From Callorhinchus milii (Eukaryota), in assembly GCF_018977255.1 (NCBI RefSeq), contig NW_024704742.1, positions 19,780,001-19,844,000 on the forward strand: a DNA stretch of 64,000 nucleotides. The letters run 5' to 3'. The notes beneath the pieces were generated by a model. That model was given only the letters and a program-made list of their open reading frames with translations. It had not been told where the DNA came from and ran no database searches. Below are positions 52,205 to 64,000 of the stretch, piece by piece (the stretch's first letter is position 1; each line of letters starts with the position of its first letter). A program made the translations under genes and the position numbers.

Positions 52205-53690
52205 TACAATACAATACAAAATTACATTTGTAAAGCGCCTTTCACATCAAGGCACTGAACATTCAGGGATTAGGACCCAGGAGATGGGGGGTGGTGATTG
52301 GGATCAGGGAGGAATGAGGGAAGAGAGGGTAAGAGGGTGGCTGAAGGCATGGTTGAAGAGGAGGATCCTGAGGTGTGCCTTGAAGGAACCAAGGGAGGGA
52401 GCGAGGCGAAGGGAATGTGGGATGGAGTTCCAGAGGGTGGGGGCAGAGAGGCTGAAGGCCCGACCGCTGATGGTGGGGTGGGCTGGGCGGGGGACATGAA
52501 GAAGGCCGGAGACTGCTGAGCGGAGAGAGCGGACAAGTTGATAAGGGGTAGCAGGTCGGAGAGATAGGAGGGGACAAGGCCATGGAGAGGTTTGAAGGCG
52601 AGGATGAGAATTTTGAACTTGATCCTCTGAGAGATGTGGAGCCAGGCGAGGGCGGGTGTGATGGGGTCACTGAACCTGGTGTGGGAGAGGACACGAGCTG
52701 CAGAGCTTGTGGAGGGAAGCGTTGGGAAGACCGGTTGGTATAGTTGAGCTTGGATGTATTGAAGGCATGTATGAGGTTGCGGTCACCTGAGGATGAGGCA
52801 GCGGCGGAGTCGGCCAGTGTTGCGGAGGTGGGTGAAGGCAGAGCGTGTGGGGGAGAAAGGACAGTTGAGGGTTGAACAAGATGCTGTGGTTCCAGACTGG
52901 CTCAGTGAGGTGGAGTGTGCAGCCCGGATGGTGATCATGTCAGTGCCTGAGGGCTGGAGGTGCAGGTGTGAGCCAATCAGGAGAGCCTCGGTCTTGCTTA
53001 CGCTCAACTATAGAAAGTTGGTTCTCATCCAGGACTTGATGTCTGAGAGGCAGTCTGTCAGGACATCTGTGGTCCTGGAGTTGAGGGTGGAGGCAGAGAG
53101 ATAGAGTTGGGTTACATCCAGGTACATGTGGAAGTTGACCCCACGTCTGTGGATGATGTCACCAAGATGGGTTGAAAAGGAGAGGAGTGAGGACATATCC
53201 CTGAGGAACACTACATGAGATGGTGCGGGGGCTTTGAGGAGAAGCTGTTTGTGGAGACAAAGTGGAGCCAATGTGAGAGATAGGATCTGAACCATTCAAG
53301 GGCAGAATCTTGAAGGTTGAGGTGAGAGTAGAGGTGGTGGAGGAGGATAGAGTGCTCCACATCGTCGAAAGCAGCAGAGAGGTCAAGGAAGATGAGGAGA
53401 CAGAGGAAACCCAGGTCACAAATGGACAGAATGTCATTTGTCACCTCGACCAGGGCTGTTTCTGTGCGGTGGTTAGAACGGAAACCCGATTGGAGGGGTT
53501 TGTAAAGGGAGTAACAGGAGAGGAAGGACTGAAGCTGGGAGCAACAACCCTTTCGAGGACCTTGGAAAGGAAAGAGAGGTTGGAGATGGGGCGGTAGTTT
53601 GTGAGCAGGGATTTTTTTTTAGGATGGGATGATGACAGCTGTTTTTCAGGGGGTGGGAACAGTGCCAGTTGAGCTGGAAGCTGGACAATT
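52205..53690 (-). mobile_element. 5'-truncated, frameshifted L2 LINE
   Basis: LLIFLDLSAAFDDVEH, VPQG, FHMYLDVTQLYLS, SKTEALLIG remnants; 3' tail at about 52205. Confidence 0.92.
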
Positions 53691-54959
53691 AGAAGCTAAA
53701 ATGGCTCACTTCCAGATCATTAGGTTGCTGCTGACTTCACTTCCATCTTTGCTGATACAACGCAATGACCTGGATGTCTGCAGTTTAGTTTGAATGGCGA
53801 GTCTACATGGAATGTGAACACACACACAGAATAATAATAGTTAAAAATAATAATAATCCTTACATTTGATATCACACCTTATCACGTCATTGAGACGTCT
53901 CAAAACTCTTCACAGAATATACTGTAAAGTGAATTGATTGTATTTGTGTGTGAAACACGCAATCAATTGCGCACAGCCGTGGAATGAGGTAGATAGTGCA
54001 ACTGAATTATATTAATATTTGTGTTTAGATTTTAAAAAGAGAGTATTTGATGTGATGTTAAAGGAGACTTAGTTCATTGCTGGTAGTTCGTTGAGGCAGG
54101 TCCATCTATCGAGGTGACCAATGCAGCATTCACTTAAGCATAACTAGTGCAAGACTAGATATTGCATAAAAGGATTTATAGAACAGGCGAAGATCATTAT
54201 ATTTTTTTCACATCAGCGTTGCAGTGTTCGAGTGAGGGATTTGTTGAGCAGCTGCTTGTTTTACTTTTAACAGTCAGCTGTATTAATTTATTGTATGCTT
54301 GTGTTTTAAACTCTTCCAAGTTTTTCCTTGAATTTTTTTCAGAAGACGACTCTTGTGGGGTTTTTCAGCCCTTCCACAGTTGAGTAGGGTGATTCATGTG
54401 TGTGCTTAGGCAGTGAATTGATTGGCTATTCAACTGTGGAGGACATTATATTTAATCTGATCCTTTCTTCACTTAATGGCCATACAGATACTTTCTTCCT
54501 TTGCATGAGAACACTGAATCTTGTTGTAAAATCTCCATCACTGGTTCAGCTCATCAATTAGTTCAGTATGAATCAGGGATTGAACCTTTCGATCTGAACT
54601 GCTGGTCCCACACCATGTATTTGATTTACATAAGTGTGAAGTCTGAACAATTTTCTTCCAGATCTATGTAAATTCGGAAAATGTAGAACTTTGACAAAAT
54701 AAAGTACAACTTTTTAGATAATTGATAAAAATAAATGCCTGACGTATTTGTGTGCATCTTGTTATTTAGTGTCAGGAAAATAGTGATTTAATTTTTTTTA
54801 AATTCTCACAAGTATTGATAAAACAAAGGGGAAAAAAAGGGCAAGTACTGTTCTGATTTTGTTTTTATTGAGAAGCACTTTGACTGGAAGTGTTGGTGCA
54901 GTACAGTACACTGCATCCTTCCATCAGTAAAAAAGCTCCATAACTCCATTATTTTATAA

Positions 54960-55960
54960 ATTCGTCAAGATATAGAAGATTAGAAAAGGAGGATGTAGAT
55001 TGATTAAACACAGATAGATGTGATCGTAATAAAAGGATAAGGACGTGGCTGAATTGTTGAATGAATACTTTTCATTTTTCAACTTCAGTTTTCACAGAAA
55101 CAAAGATGAGATACCAGTAGTTGAGGGAGAAACTTCAAAGTCAAATTTTAAACTTGTGTGTATATATTAATATATATCATATATATACTGTATGTAGTAA
55201 AATAGGGAAAAATTGCAAAGTGACATGGATGGATAAGTGGGCAAAACTGTGGCAGGTGGAGTTTGACATTGCAAAGTGCGAGATAGTATCTTTAGATGGA
55301 AATTCTTTAGATGGAAAATAACAGTGGTTATGAGTATGTTCTAAATGGGGAAGACCTTGGAATGAATGAGCTGTGAGATTTAGGGGTTCAAATCAATAGA
55401 TTATTAAAATCTAATTTGCAAGTGAAGCAATAGTGCAAAAGGCATGCTGACATTTATTATTAATAATGATAATAATCCAGTTATACGGAGCACTAACTCA
55501 ACATCATTTAACTATTGTGTTCAGTTTTGGACACCCAATCTTAGAAAAGGTACACTAATGGCTACACACTTCTTTTAATACAGGGACTGAAAGGGCTCGG
55601 TATGATGAGAGGCTGGGTAGACTGGGGTTATATTTCTTAGAGCAGAGGAGGTAAAGGAGTGATTTGAGTGAGATATTTAAAATAATGAAAGGGCAATTAT
55701 GAGAATGCATAACCTTGAGATCAGTACCAAGAGTTAGACAGAGGTAAGGAAGCATTTTGTAACACACAACAAGGCTATAAAGATGTGGAATGTTTTGCTC
55801 AGAAAGCTATTCAATAGGTTTAGCTAAAAGAGAGATATGGATACTTGGTTGGCGAAAGGGAGAAAGGGAGGTCATTGGGATTAAAAGATCTGCCAAGACC
55901 TAAGAGACTGATGGAACAGACTTTATAGGTTGAATGGTCTCCAATCCTGTTTTCCTATGT
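54960..55960 (+). mobile_element. Decayed CR1 LINE fragments
   Basis: WAKLWQVEFDIAKCEIV, YCVQFWTP and CR1-like 3' end (gaatggtctccaatcctgttttcctatgttc). Confidence 0.7.
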
Positions 55961-56765
55961 TCCACAGCACAATTTCTGTCTATTTTGAAATGTTTGAGAT
56001 ATTGGGTTTTTAATGTTTGTAAATAATCATAAAATAGATAAGATGATACTGGAGTTCCTACTTTAATTGTTTGGAATTGTATTTGATCTGTTAGGATAGC
56101 AGTGATTTATTTTGTTTTTTTTTAACCAGCGAGGACAATCCTTCATATTAAAGACTTTGGCTTATATAATTGACAAGAGTTGAATGGGAAGAAAAATCCC
56201 TGATCTCAGCAAAAATGGTTTAAATGGCTACTTGTTTTCAATGCTGTATTGAGTACAGTATTTGAATTTAATAAAAAGATCTTTTTTGGAGGCTATTTTA
56301 TTAAAATAGTTCATTTTGAAGAACTTAGTTCCTCAACGCCATTTTAGGTGTTAAAATACACAAGGTTTCTCCTGGTGTCCTGGCTAACAATGTTTCAGAT
56401 AAATCAGCTATTCATTTCAATGGCTGTTTGGGATATTCTTCGGCATAATTGGCTGCTGTACTTGTCTACAAATACACAGTCATTACACTTCACAGAAAAA
56501 CTCTGAAGCACTTTGATAATGTGAAGCATGTTAGCAATGTTGTAAACCCTATATCAAATTCAAGGATTATTGTTGTTATAAATGTACCAAGTCTCCTCCT
56601 TTGCTTGACACTCCAGTTTGCTTTTCCGTCTCCTGAAGTAGGAGTGGAGACATTTTCAAAAACAGATTTATTTTAATTGTTTGCCTTGCTAATTGTCCTG
56701 AAGGCATTGCTTCCCTTTATGTGCCAATTCATAGTGTGCGAGCCAAGAAAGATAAACCTTCTGCT

Positions 56766-57135
56766 GGAATCCTGTAGCTCAGTAGTTAGAGTACTCACTT
56801 CGCAAGCAAGAGACCTGAATTTGCTTCCTGTCAAAAATGTTGAGCAAATTTCCTTACTCCACGCACCTGTTTACCTAGCAGTAAGTAGGAACCATGTTGT
56901 TGGTCAATTGGTGGATCGCTTTTCCGGGGGTAATAATTCTTTCCAAAAATAAATAAATAAATAGGTCACTTCAATCCATGACTGTTTGTGGGACACTGCT
57001 GTGTGCAATTGGCAGCCGAGTTTCGCCCACAAAATATAGTCGATTCACTTTACATATATTCCGTGAAGTGCTTTGAGACGCCTCGAAGACGTGATAAGGC
57101 GCTCTATCAAACGCCAGGATCATTGTTATTATTAC
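56766..57135 (+). mobile_element. SINE, long variant
   Basis: gaatcctgtagctcagt head, extra cctgtttacctagcagtaagtaggaacc...gatcgcttttcc segment, standard 3' half. Confidence 0.85.
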
Positions 57136-59179
57136 TAGGAATACATGTTGAAACTGATGCAAAATGCAAATAGAAAAAATCATCACCATATAAATGAGCA
57201 TGGGAACCCTGCAAGAAAATTAGTTGGGGAGGTGGAGAGATAAAACAGCATGTTGATTGCTGAGTATCCCAGATCTGTGACAGTATTCTAAAATTGGTTA
57301 CCAGTGGTGTGAGCTGGAAGGTGTTGCAGCCTATAATTTGGCTTTATGTTTTAAGGTTTAAGTTGTCAGTATCTGTGACAAGGTATCATTTGATATACTG
57401 TTCACACACTTTATTTTCTTTCTTCGGTGATTGTTTTAATTGGAGATCAAAATTAGGGGAGAGCTGAGAGTTAATTGCTTTCAGTTTTGAAGCAGTGCTC
57501 TTGCCGCTCCTCTCTTTAGATAATGTAGTTCACAATCAAATTGAGCCTTAACATGGTCATGCTAGTACTTTGACAAAATTATTACCTGTTTTTTTTCACT
57601 CCCTTATCCGGTTGGTAGTTTACAGCCAAGAAACCAAGATTAATATTTCGTGGATTGACCTGTAGGTACTGAATAGTATTAGCACATTTCCCTTGGAATG
57701 AATTTGGACTTACCAAAGATTAATTGTGAATGTTTTAACAGTAAGATAAGAGTATTAATTTAATGGGTGCTAGGGTTTTAATTGGAACAGTTGTGACTAT
57801 TTAATCAGTAGGATTGTAGTAATAATAATTCTTATTTTTGATATAGTGCTGTCTATGTCAGGATGAAGTCTCAAAGTGCTTCACAAGGATATATTGTAAA
57901 AAGTAGTGACTAAAATTGTGTTGAGGATCTATTTTCTTCAAAATTAACTATTTTAGTAACTGGTCTCAGAAAAGCAGCAACTTTTATTCAATACAATTAT
58001 TGTGGTCATTCTAGCATCGAAATGAGTAACCATCTTTAACGTTTTTTTTCATTGGGAGCTGGAATTCTTCCCTCTCAGCTCCTGTTAATCCCACAAACCA
58101 ATGATAGGGCCCTAACTAGAGAAGCAGCAGAAACCTCTCAATAGCCAGCTCTGTGGTTTTAGCAAGTTAAACCCTAGTAGTACCCCAACCACACTCTGGG
58201 GTCTGGAATGGGTAAGCAGGTGGTCCCTCCAGGGAGAGTGCACACTTTATTCTAGACACAGGGATATTTCCATGTGTTAGTAGCATGTATATGTTGAATT
58301 CTGCCTGGTTTGGATACTCTGAATCATAGTGCTGGGTACTTGCACATATCAAGACGCTTGGCTTACCCCCCAAAAGTGTCATGCTAGCAGTTAGTATCTG
58401 TCTAATTTAGGTGCTTATTGAGCTCTGCATTTCCCACGTTGCTAGGTGTGTTGCTTTGTGTAACTCCTGAGTAAACTCCCACAGAGAAAGGAGAAATATG
58501 AAACAAAAGTGTATATCCTCGTAATGAATTTCAGCGAAATATTGACATTTGCTTGGGAGACGGGTTGCTGAAAAACTTTTTAAATGTTTATTTATAATAA
58601 TAAATACTTCACATTTTTAAGATGTAAACCATAACATTCAATTATACCTACATAAATATGTGTCATCCTCCTCCAATCTTGCTGTATGTTTATCAGAATA
58701 ATTTCATGCAGACCTTCAAACCCTAATCAACAGCTGTCTTGCCAACTGCTGTCAGATTATACTTGGAATTAAATCTGCTGTTGAGTTACTAACAAAAATC
58801 GTTACAATTGAGTGAAGAAGCAACCCAACAGAAATTCTCCAGCAGTGCCAACATTTCAAGAGAATCAGAAAACAATGAATGTCAATGTTATTCACTGATG
58901 GGAAACAATGTTAATAATTATCTTAAGCTCCTGTACTCTACATGCATCTGTGGGCAGGTTAGGGAAAAGGGAAATTAACATATATTTTATAGGGCTTTAT
59001 AATGTCTCACCATTCCAAAGCACTTCAAAGGTAATACTGTTGGTATATTTTTTTGGAAATACACAGCCATTTTCATGAATAAGGTGCCAACAAAGGTGGG
59101 ATGACCAGTTAGTCTGGAACAATTAATAGGAACAATGACCACATCGAGTTTATCTGAAATAATTATTGAAATAACAGGT

Positions 59180-59575
59180 CTCAGAGTGACTCAATTGGTA
59201 GCACTCTCAACTTGGAGTCAGACGATTATGGCTTCAAACCCCTCATTTCAATGTTGAGTCATAGAGTCTAGACTGACGCTCCATAGCAGTGCTGTATTGT
59301 TAGAGGTGCCGTCCTTCAAATGACATGTTACATGAAAGTTTACCTATTCCAGTGGTTGTTAAAGGTCTCAGCAAAATTCAAAAAGAGAAGGGAGTTTCTC
59401 CAAGTGTCCTGGTCAACAAGACATCCAGGTAAAATTAGTCATTTACTTAAAAACCATGTATGGTAAAGTGACTGCCACATTGGCCTACAACTGTGCAGTA
59501 AAAAACCTTTACTGTAAAAAAAATTCTGTGAAGCACTTTGAAATGTTTCAAAAACAAGATTGGGTTGTATAAGTT
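59180..59575 (+). mobile_element. Old DeuSINE-like copy
   Basis: gactcaattggtagcactctc head, ttagaggtgccgtcctt, gggagtttctccaagtgtcctgg, tgtgaagcactttga. Confidence 0.7.
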
Positions 59576-60389
59576 CAACAGTTATTTCACATAAACTGGT
59601 TGTGGTCATTGTTCCTAGTAATTGCTTCAGAAAATTAATTGATCATTTACCTCACTGCTTTTGGTGAGACCTTGTTGGAAGAACCGTTATTAGAGGTTGT
59701 CTGTGTATTTCCAAATGCAAGGATTATTATTTTTAAGGCTGAAGCCCAATGGAGACAGTTCACAAAGATGGTTTGTCGTCTTGGGGTATACTGGTGGAAT
59801 CTGTTGGATTAAGGAATGTTTGAATCTTAACGTTGTGCTTAAGAAGAGTGGCATATATTGAACTCTGGTTAGTTTCACACAATCACCAAATTAAATAGGA
59901 TTTTAGCAGAACATGCAGATCGAGTATTACTTTGAAACTTCCTTGCGGTATTCTTGCTACTTCTGTCAGTTTGAAAACCATATGAAGACTGCACTTCTCC
60001 AGTGTAAAGGGTTTGGTCACGGGAGCAGGATGGTTCGAGGCCACAGGGAACTGATTAATGTGTGAGAATTGTTTCCAGCGGGATACTGGAGGCCAGCGCC
60101 AGGCCCCGGTCTCCCAAGACTGCTTGCTGGTGAAGTCGGCATGCGCTGGCCATCCTGCCGTCCCGCACAGAGCCCTCTGGTGCCCTGGAGGAGTAGCCCT
60201 CCTTCCAATAGGATAACAAACACCAGTTGGAGTGGCCTGGGGAGGAATTTAAAAACATTCCTGCGTGCGGGAACTATGCGTCTAAGTAAAATGACCAGAG
60301 TCTGTGCGCTCGTGCCACCAAAGCCTTATTAAAAGTTTTGACCTTAAATGCACCTGAATAGCCTCTAAAACCACGACAGTACAGAGAAA

Positions 60390-60590
60390 TTTAAAATAAG
60401 CCTTGCATTTGGAATAACACACTATCACGCTGTTGAGATGTCTCGAAGCGTTTCACCGGATATAATGTAAAGTGGATTGACTGTGTGGTTTGTGGGCGAA
60501 ACGCGGCAGCCAGTTTGTGTATGGCAATGTACCACAAACAGCCATGGAGTGAGTGACCAATTTTATTTGGGAGATTGTTGGCCAAGGCAA
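60390..60590 (-). mobile_element. SINE 3' half
   Basis: ccttgcatttgg...gggcgaaacgcggcagccagtttgtgt...cacaaacagcc. Confidence 0.8.
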
Positions 60591-61204
60591 TTATTTGGGA
60601 TTTGTAAATGCTGAATTTGCTCTCAAAATGAATGTCTTTCTCTGTGTGCGCACAGACAGAAATGTTGTTTCAATGTTACTCGGTTTTGCTGACAGGGACC
60701 GGAATAAGCTAAGCAGCTTCAACAATCCGTCCTTGGAGATGTGACGGTCAGAATGTGAATTCCAATTTTGGGTGTTTATGTAACCTCCAACTGTATCTGA
60801 ACCGGTAGCAACATGAACCAGAAGAAAAGCTTTTACTCAATACTGATCTTAATTCTGCAACCTTAAAAATATATCAGAACCCTGAAGAATATCATTATGA
60901 CGAATATTGTTGTTTTTTTTAATGGTTAATATATTGTAGAAATTACATGTTTTTATGTATTATAAATAGGAAGATGTCCTCTTTATTCCTGAGGAATGGG
61001 TTGGAGAATGAGAAAAATGTTGCTTACATTTTATTGTATACATTCCAGGAACAGTTTGTCATCAGCGTTTTGTAATTTCTCAAAATGTGGTTGAGCTTTC
61101 GTTTCTTAATTTATAATTCTCATAAGTAGTATCAAGGTTGCTCAACTACAAAAGGGATTATTTACCAACAGCAATTTTGGCTCATGCAATGTGTATGGAA
61201 TGTC

Positions 61205-62272
61205 TCGTGCGGTGTTCCTCAGGGCTCTATCCTCGGTCCCCTACTCTTCACCCTTTAAACGCTCCCCTTGGTGACATCATCCGGAGACGTGGAATAAATT
61301 TCCACATGTATGCGGATGACACCCAACTCTACCTCTCTGCCTCCACCCTGAACTCCAGGACTACTGGCGTCCTGACCGACTGCCTGTCCGACATCAAGTC
61401 CTGGACGAGGGACAACTTTCTCCAACTCAACGTCAGCAAGACCGAGGCCCTCCTGATTGGCTCACGCCAACAACTCCGCACCTCAGGCGCTGGCAGCATC
61501 AGCCTCCACGGCTGCACCTCAACCTCACTAAGCCAGTCAGGAACCTGGGTATCTTGTTTGACCCTGAACTGTCCTTTCTCCCCCACATCCACGCCATGAC
61601 TGGCACTGCCTACCACCACCTCCGCAATATTGCAAAACTCTGCCACTGCCTCACCCCTCAGGCTGCCGAAATCCTCTCCCACGCATTCGTCACATCAAGG
61701 CTCGATATGGAAACTCCCTTCTCATCAGCTTTCCCAACGCTTCCCTTCACAAGCTGCAGATCATCCAAAACTCTGCAGCTCGTGTACTCTCACGCACCCT
61801 ACACCATCACTCCCACCCTGGCCCGACCCCACTGGCTCCCCATCCCCCAGAGAATCGAGTTCAAGATCCTCATCCTCACCTTTAAGGCCATCCATGGCCT
61901 TTCCCCCTCTTACCTCTCTGACCTGCTGACTCCCTACCAACCTGCCCACTCCCTCCACTCCCTCCGGTCTGCTCCATGTCTCCCGCCTGACCTGCTCTAC
62001 CATCGGTGGCCGGGCATTCAGCCTCTCTGCCCCCACGCTCTGGAACTCCATCCCATGGTCCCTTCACCTCGCTTCCTCCCTTGCCTCCTTCAAGGCCGGT
62101 CTCAAGAACCTTCTCTTCGATCGTGCCTTTGGTCTCCCTCCCACCACTCTGCCTTCCCTCTCCCCTACACCCCCCCTCCCCCATGCTCGGGCCCCGACAT
62201 CTGACTATTCAGCGTTTGGAACGTCCTCCCAATGTGAAAGGAGCTCTATCAATGTAATTTTGTTGTTGATGT
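61205..62272 (+). mobile_element. 5'-truncated L2 LINE (RT C-terminal half + 3' UTR)
   Basis: CGVPQGS, INFHMYADDTQLYLS, LNVSKTEALLIG, HWLPIPQRIEFKILILTFKAIHGL; frameshifted; (TTG)n tail. Confidence 0.95.
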
Positions 62273-62314
62273 TTGCAATGTTTACACTCATCAGTCTTGT
62301 GCAATAAAAAACTA

Positions 62315-62824
62315 CAGTAAACTCTGGATAGCAAGACACTTGGCTTAACTAGTCACCACCACTCAAATTGCCAAGCTGTCAATATCCTGGTAATTTCCCA
62401 TGCAAAATAGGACCCGCTTTACCTGTTACTCCTCTTAACATGTAACTTGTCACATTCTAGAAATTCTTGTAAGTACTTACCATGTAAAATTGATGAGCTA
62501 AACACCCGTATAAGATGGATTCTTGCATCGCAGAGGCTTTCTGCCCTATCCTTTGAGTGATGTGGAGATTAGGCGCACATGATCAGATGCAACGCAGAGG
62601 TCTGGAGTCTATTGCCCTGCCTCCCAGCCTATCCTGTTACATGATAGGATGGGAGGCCATGGCAAAGCTCTCCATTAGATCAGATGCCTCTGCTGAACAC
62701 CAGTCTTAGCACCCCCTTGTGGCCCAGGAGAATCTATGCCTAACTAACCATTCCAGATAACTGCTTGCTAAGCTCTTTTAATAATAATAATCCCTTGAAG
62801 TGACGAGTTATCAGGAGTTTACTG
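62315..62824. mobile_element. Tc1/mariner (Tigger-like) MITE with an internal palindromic segment
   Basis: TA|CAGTAAACTCTGGATA ... TATCAGGAGTTTACTG|TA: TIRs with TA duplication. Confidence 0.75.
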
Positions 62825-64000
62825 TATTTTGTTCATTCATTGTCTTGGAAAGGAATAGAGAATAGGAAGCAGAAGTGGGAAAGGTAAAGAGGGAAGGGGA
62901 GTGGGAAAGATATGGATAGTTATGGATTTATGTTGATGTTCGAAGCTCATGTATGTTTTTGCGTAGGATTGGTGAGAAAAAATATTGTTTTCATGTTGTA
63001 ATTCATAAACTGTAGAAATATGTTTGTCTTATATTTAGAAACATTGACCTGTCTGGCGTGGAGGGCGCTGTATAAATCCAAATTGTTGTTGTTGTATTTG
63101 CATTGAGGTACATCAGTCTTCAGATTAGGGCCAGCAGAAAACCAAGACACAGAACTTGTATATGAACTCCCTTCAGACTTCCATGCAGAAGATCTTGGGA
63201 CTATTGTATGCTACTATGCACATGTACCAATCATCTTGGTTTGTACCAATTTGGTATCTTAACAACTACTGTGTGATCTCAAAATCTGCAGTGAAGTATT
63301 TTCACACACCTCATTTCTACATCAATGACATCCAATGAAATGCAAATGTCCTGGGTGTTCATTCTTTAGACAATTTAATTGTTTATATTCTAAATATTCT
63401 GCCATTTTTGGTTTTTATTAAATACGGCTCCCTCTCATTTTTGGTATAAATTCACTGCTGGAGTTAATTATCGTTTTTCAAAGTATTAGATGAAGCTGAT
63501 GTGAGTGGTGCAGAAAAAGCAACTGCCATGAAAATAACTGCTTCATAGTTGAGCAAATGTTAATGTACATTAACAACGCCTTTAGCCTATAATTAAAACT
63601 TGATGTGGTCTCCCACACAACATCACAGCATTCTAATTGTGGGAGTTTCCTGTTTATGTGCTTGAATCCAATGTCTTGTAAAAGTTTCTGACATCAGAAT
63701 GATGATGAGCATTCTGTTCATTTGGTAGGGGTGGGAGCGCGTGGGGAAGAGGAGGAGAGGGGCAAGCGGGGTCTGAACTGGCTTGGAACATTGGAATCAA
63801 GTTAATCCTCTGTGGCGGTCTCGGTAGGCGGTCGGGTGTGCAGTACTCCAAAGCACTGCCGATGGCAGATCAACCAGCCTGGCTGATCAGTGTGACTCAG
63901 ATACTGTCTAATCATTAAGGACAGGGATTCTTCCGATTCAGTTTTGTTAACCCTGCAAGCCAAAGCCACAATGGATAGGGTGGGCGTAGCAGGACAAGCA

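Larger units (their letters stand above)
10111..64000 (+). other. RAPGEF2: RAPGEF2 intron 1 (continues beyond the window)
   Basis: GT donor at 10111; expected next exon (DLEIVYSYLHGMEALSNLREHQLR-like) not seen by eye or in the ORF track. Confidence 0.75.

Noticed and set aside
61138..62257. Active L2 reverse transcriptase (intact YADD)
   Set aside because: 5'-truncated and frameshifted across several ORFs; no endonuclease or ORF1

Overview
Vertebrate nuclear DNA, not prokaryotic. The repeat content (L2 LINEs with (TTG)n tails, tRNA-Ala-headed SINEs with (TTA)n tails, DeuSINE-like elements, a Penelope-like element, CR1 relics) points to a cartilaginous fish, probably a holocephalan; this is inferred. 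The window holds the CpG-island promoter and first coding exon of RAPGEF2 (10042-10110, +, MASYVDNSFRQAVMKNPTERTQQ|GT). More than 53 kb of its first intron follows, and I did not find exon 2. A likely alternative phase-0 first coding exon lies at 26583-26675. At the left end a divergently oriented exon (568-490, -, ending ...GSVVFT/G|GT) with an RFX X-box upstream fits SPMIP2/C4orf45, the head-to-head neighbour of RAPGEF2 in human. It is flanked by a G-rich tract and a 1.15-kb purine-rich minisatellite. The rest is intronic or intergenic DNA dense in decayed retroposons and MITEs. Most long ORFs in the track are artefacts of low-complexity, GC-rich or repeat sequence. I see no convincing wholly new biological system. 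The best leads are the alternative RAPGEF2 N-terminus, the SPMIP2-like exon, tandem CTCF-like repeats in the RAPGEF2 5' region, a degenerate hammerhead motif in the Penelope terminal repeat, modular or tail-swapped SINEs, a triple-nested insertion with a foldback, and an unclassified three-copy repeat. Repeat boundaries are approximate unless a TSD or TIR is quoted, and family names come from recall, not database searches.
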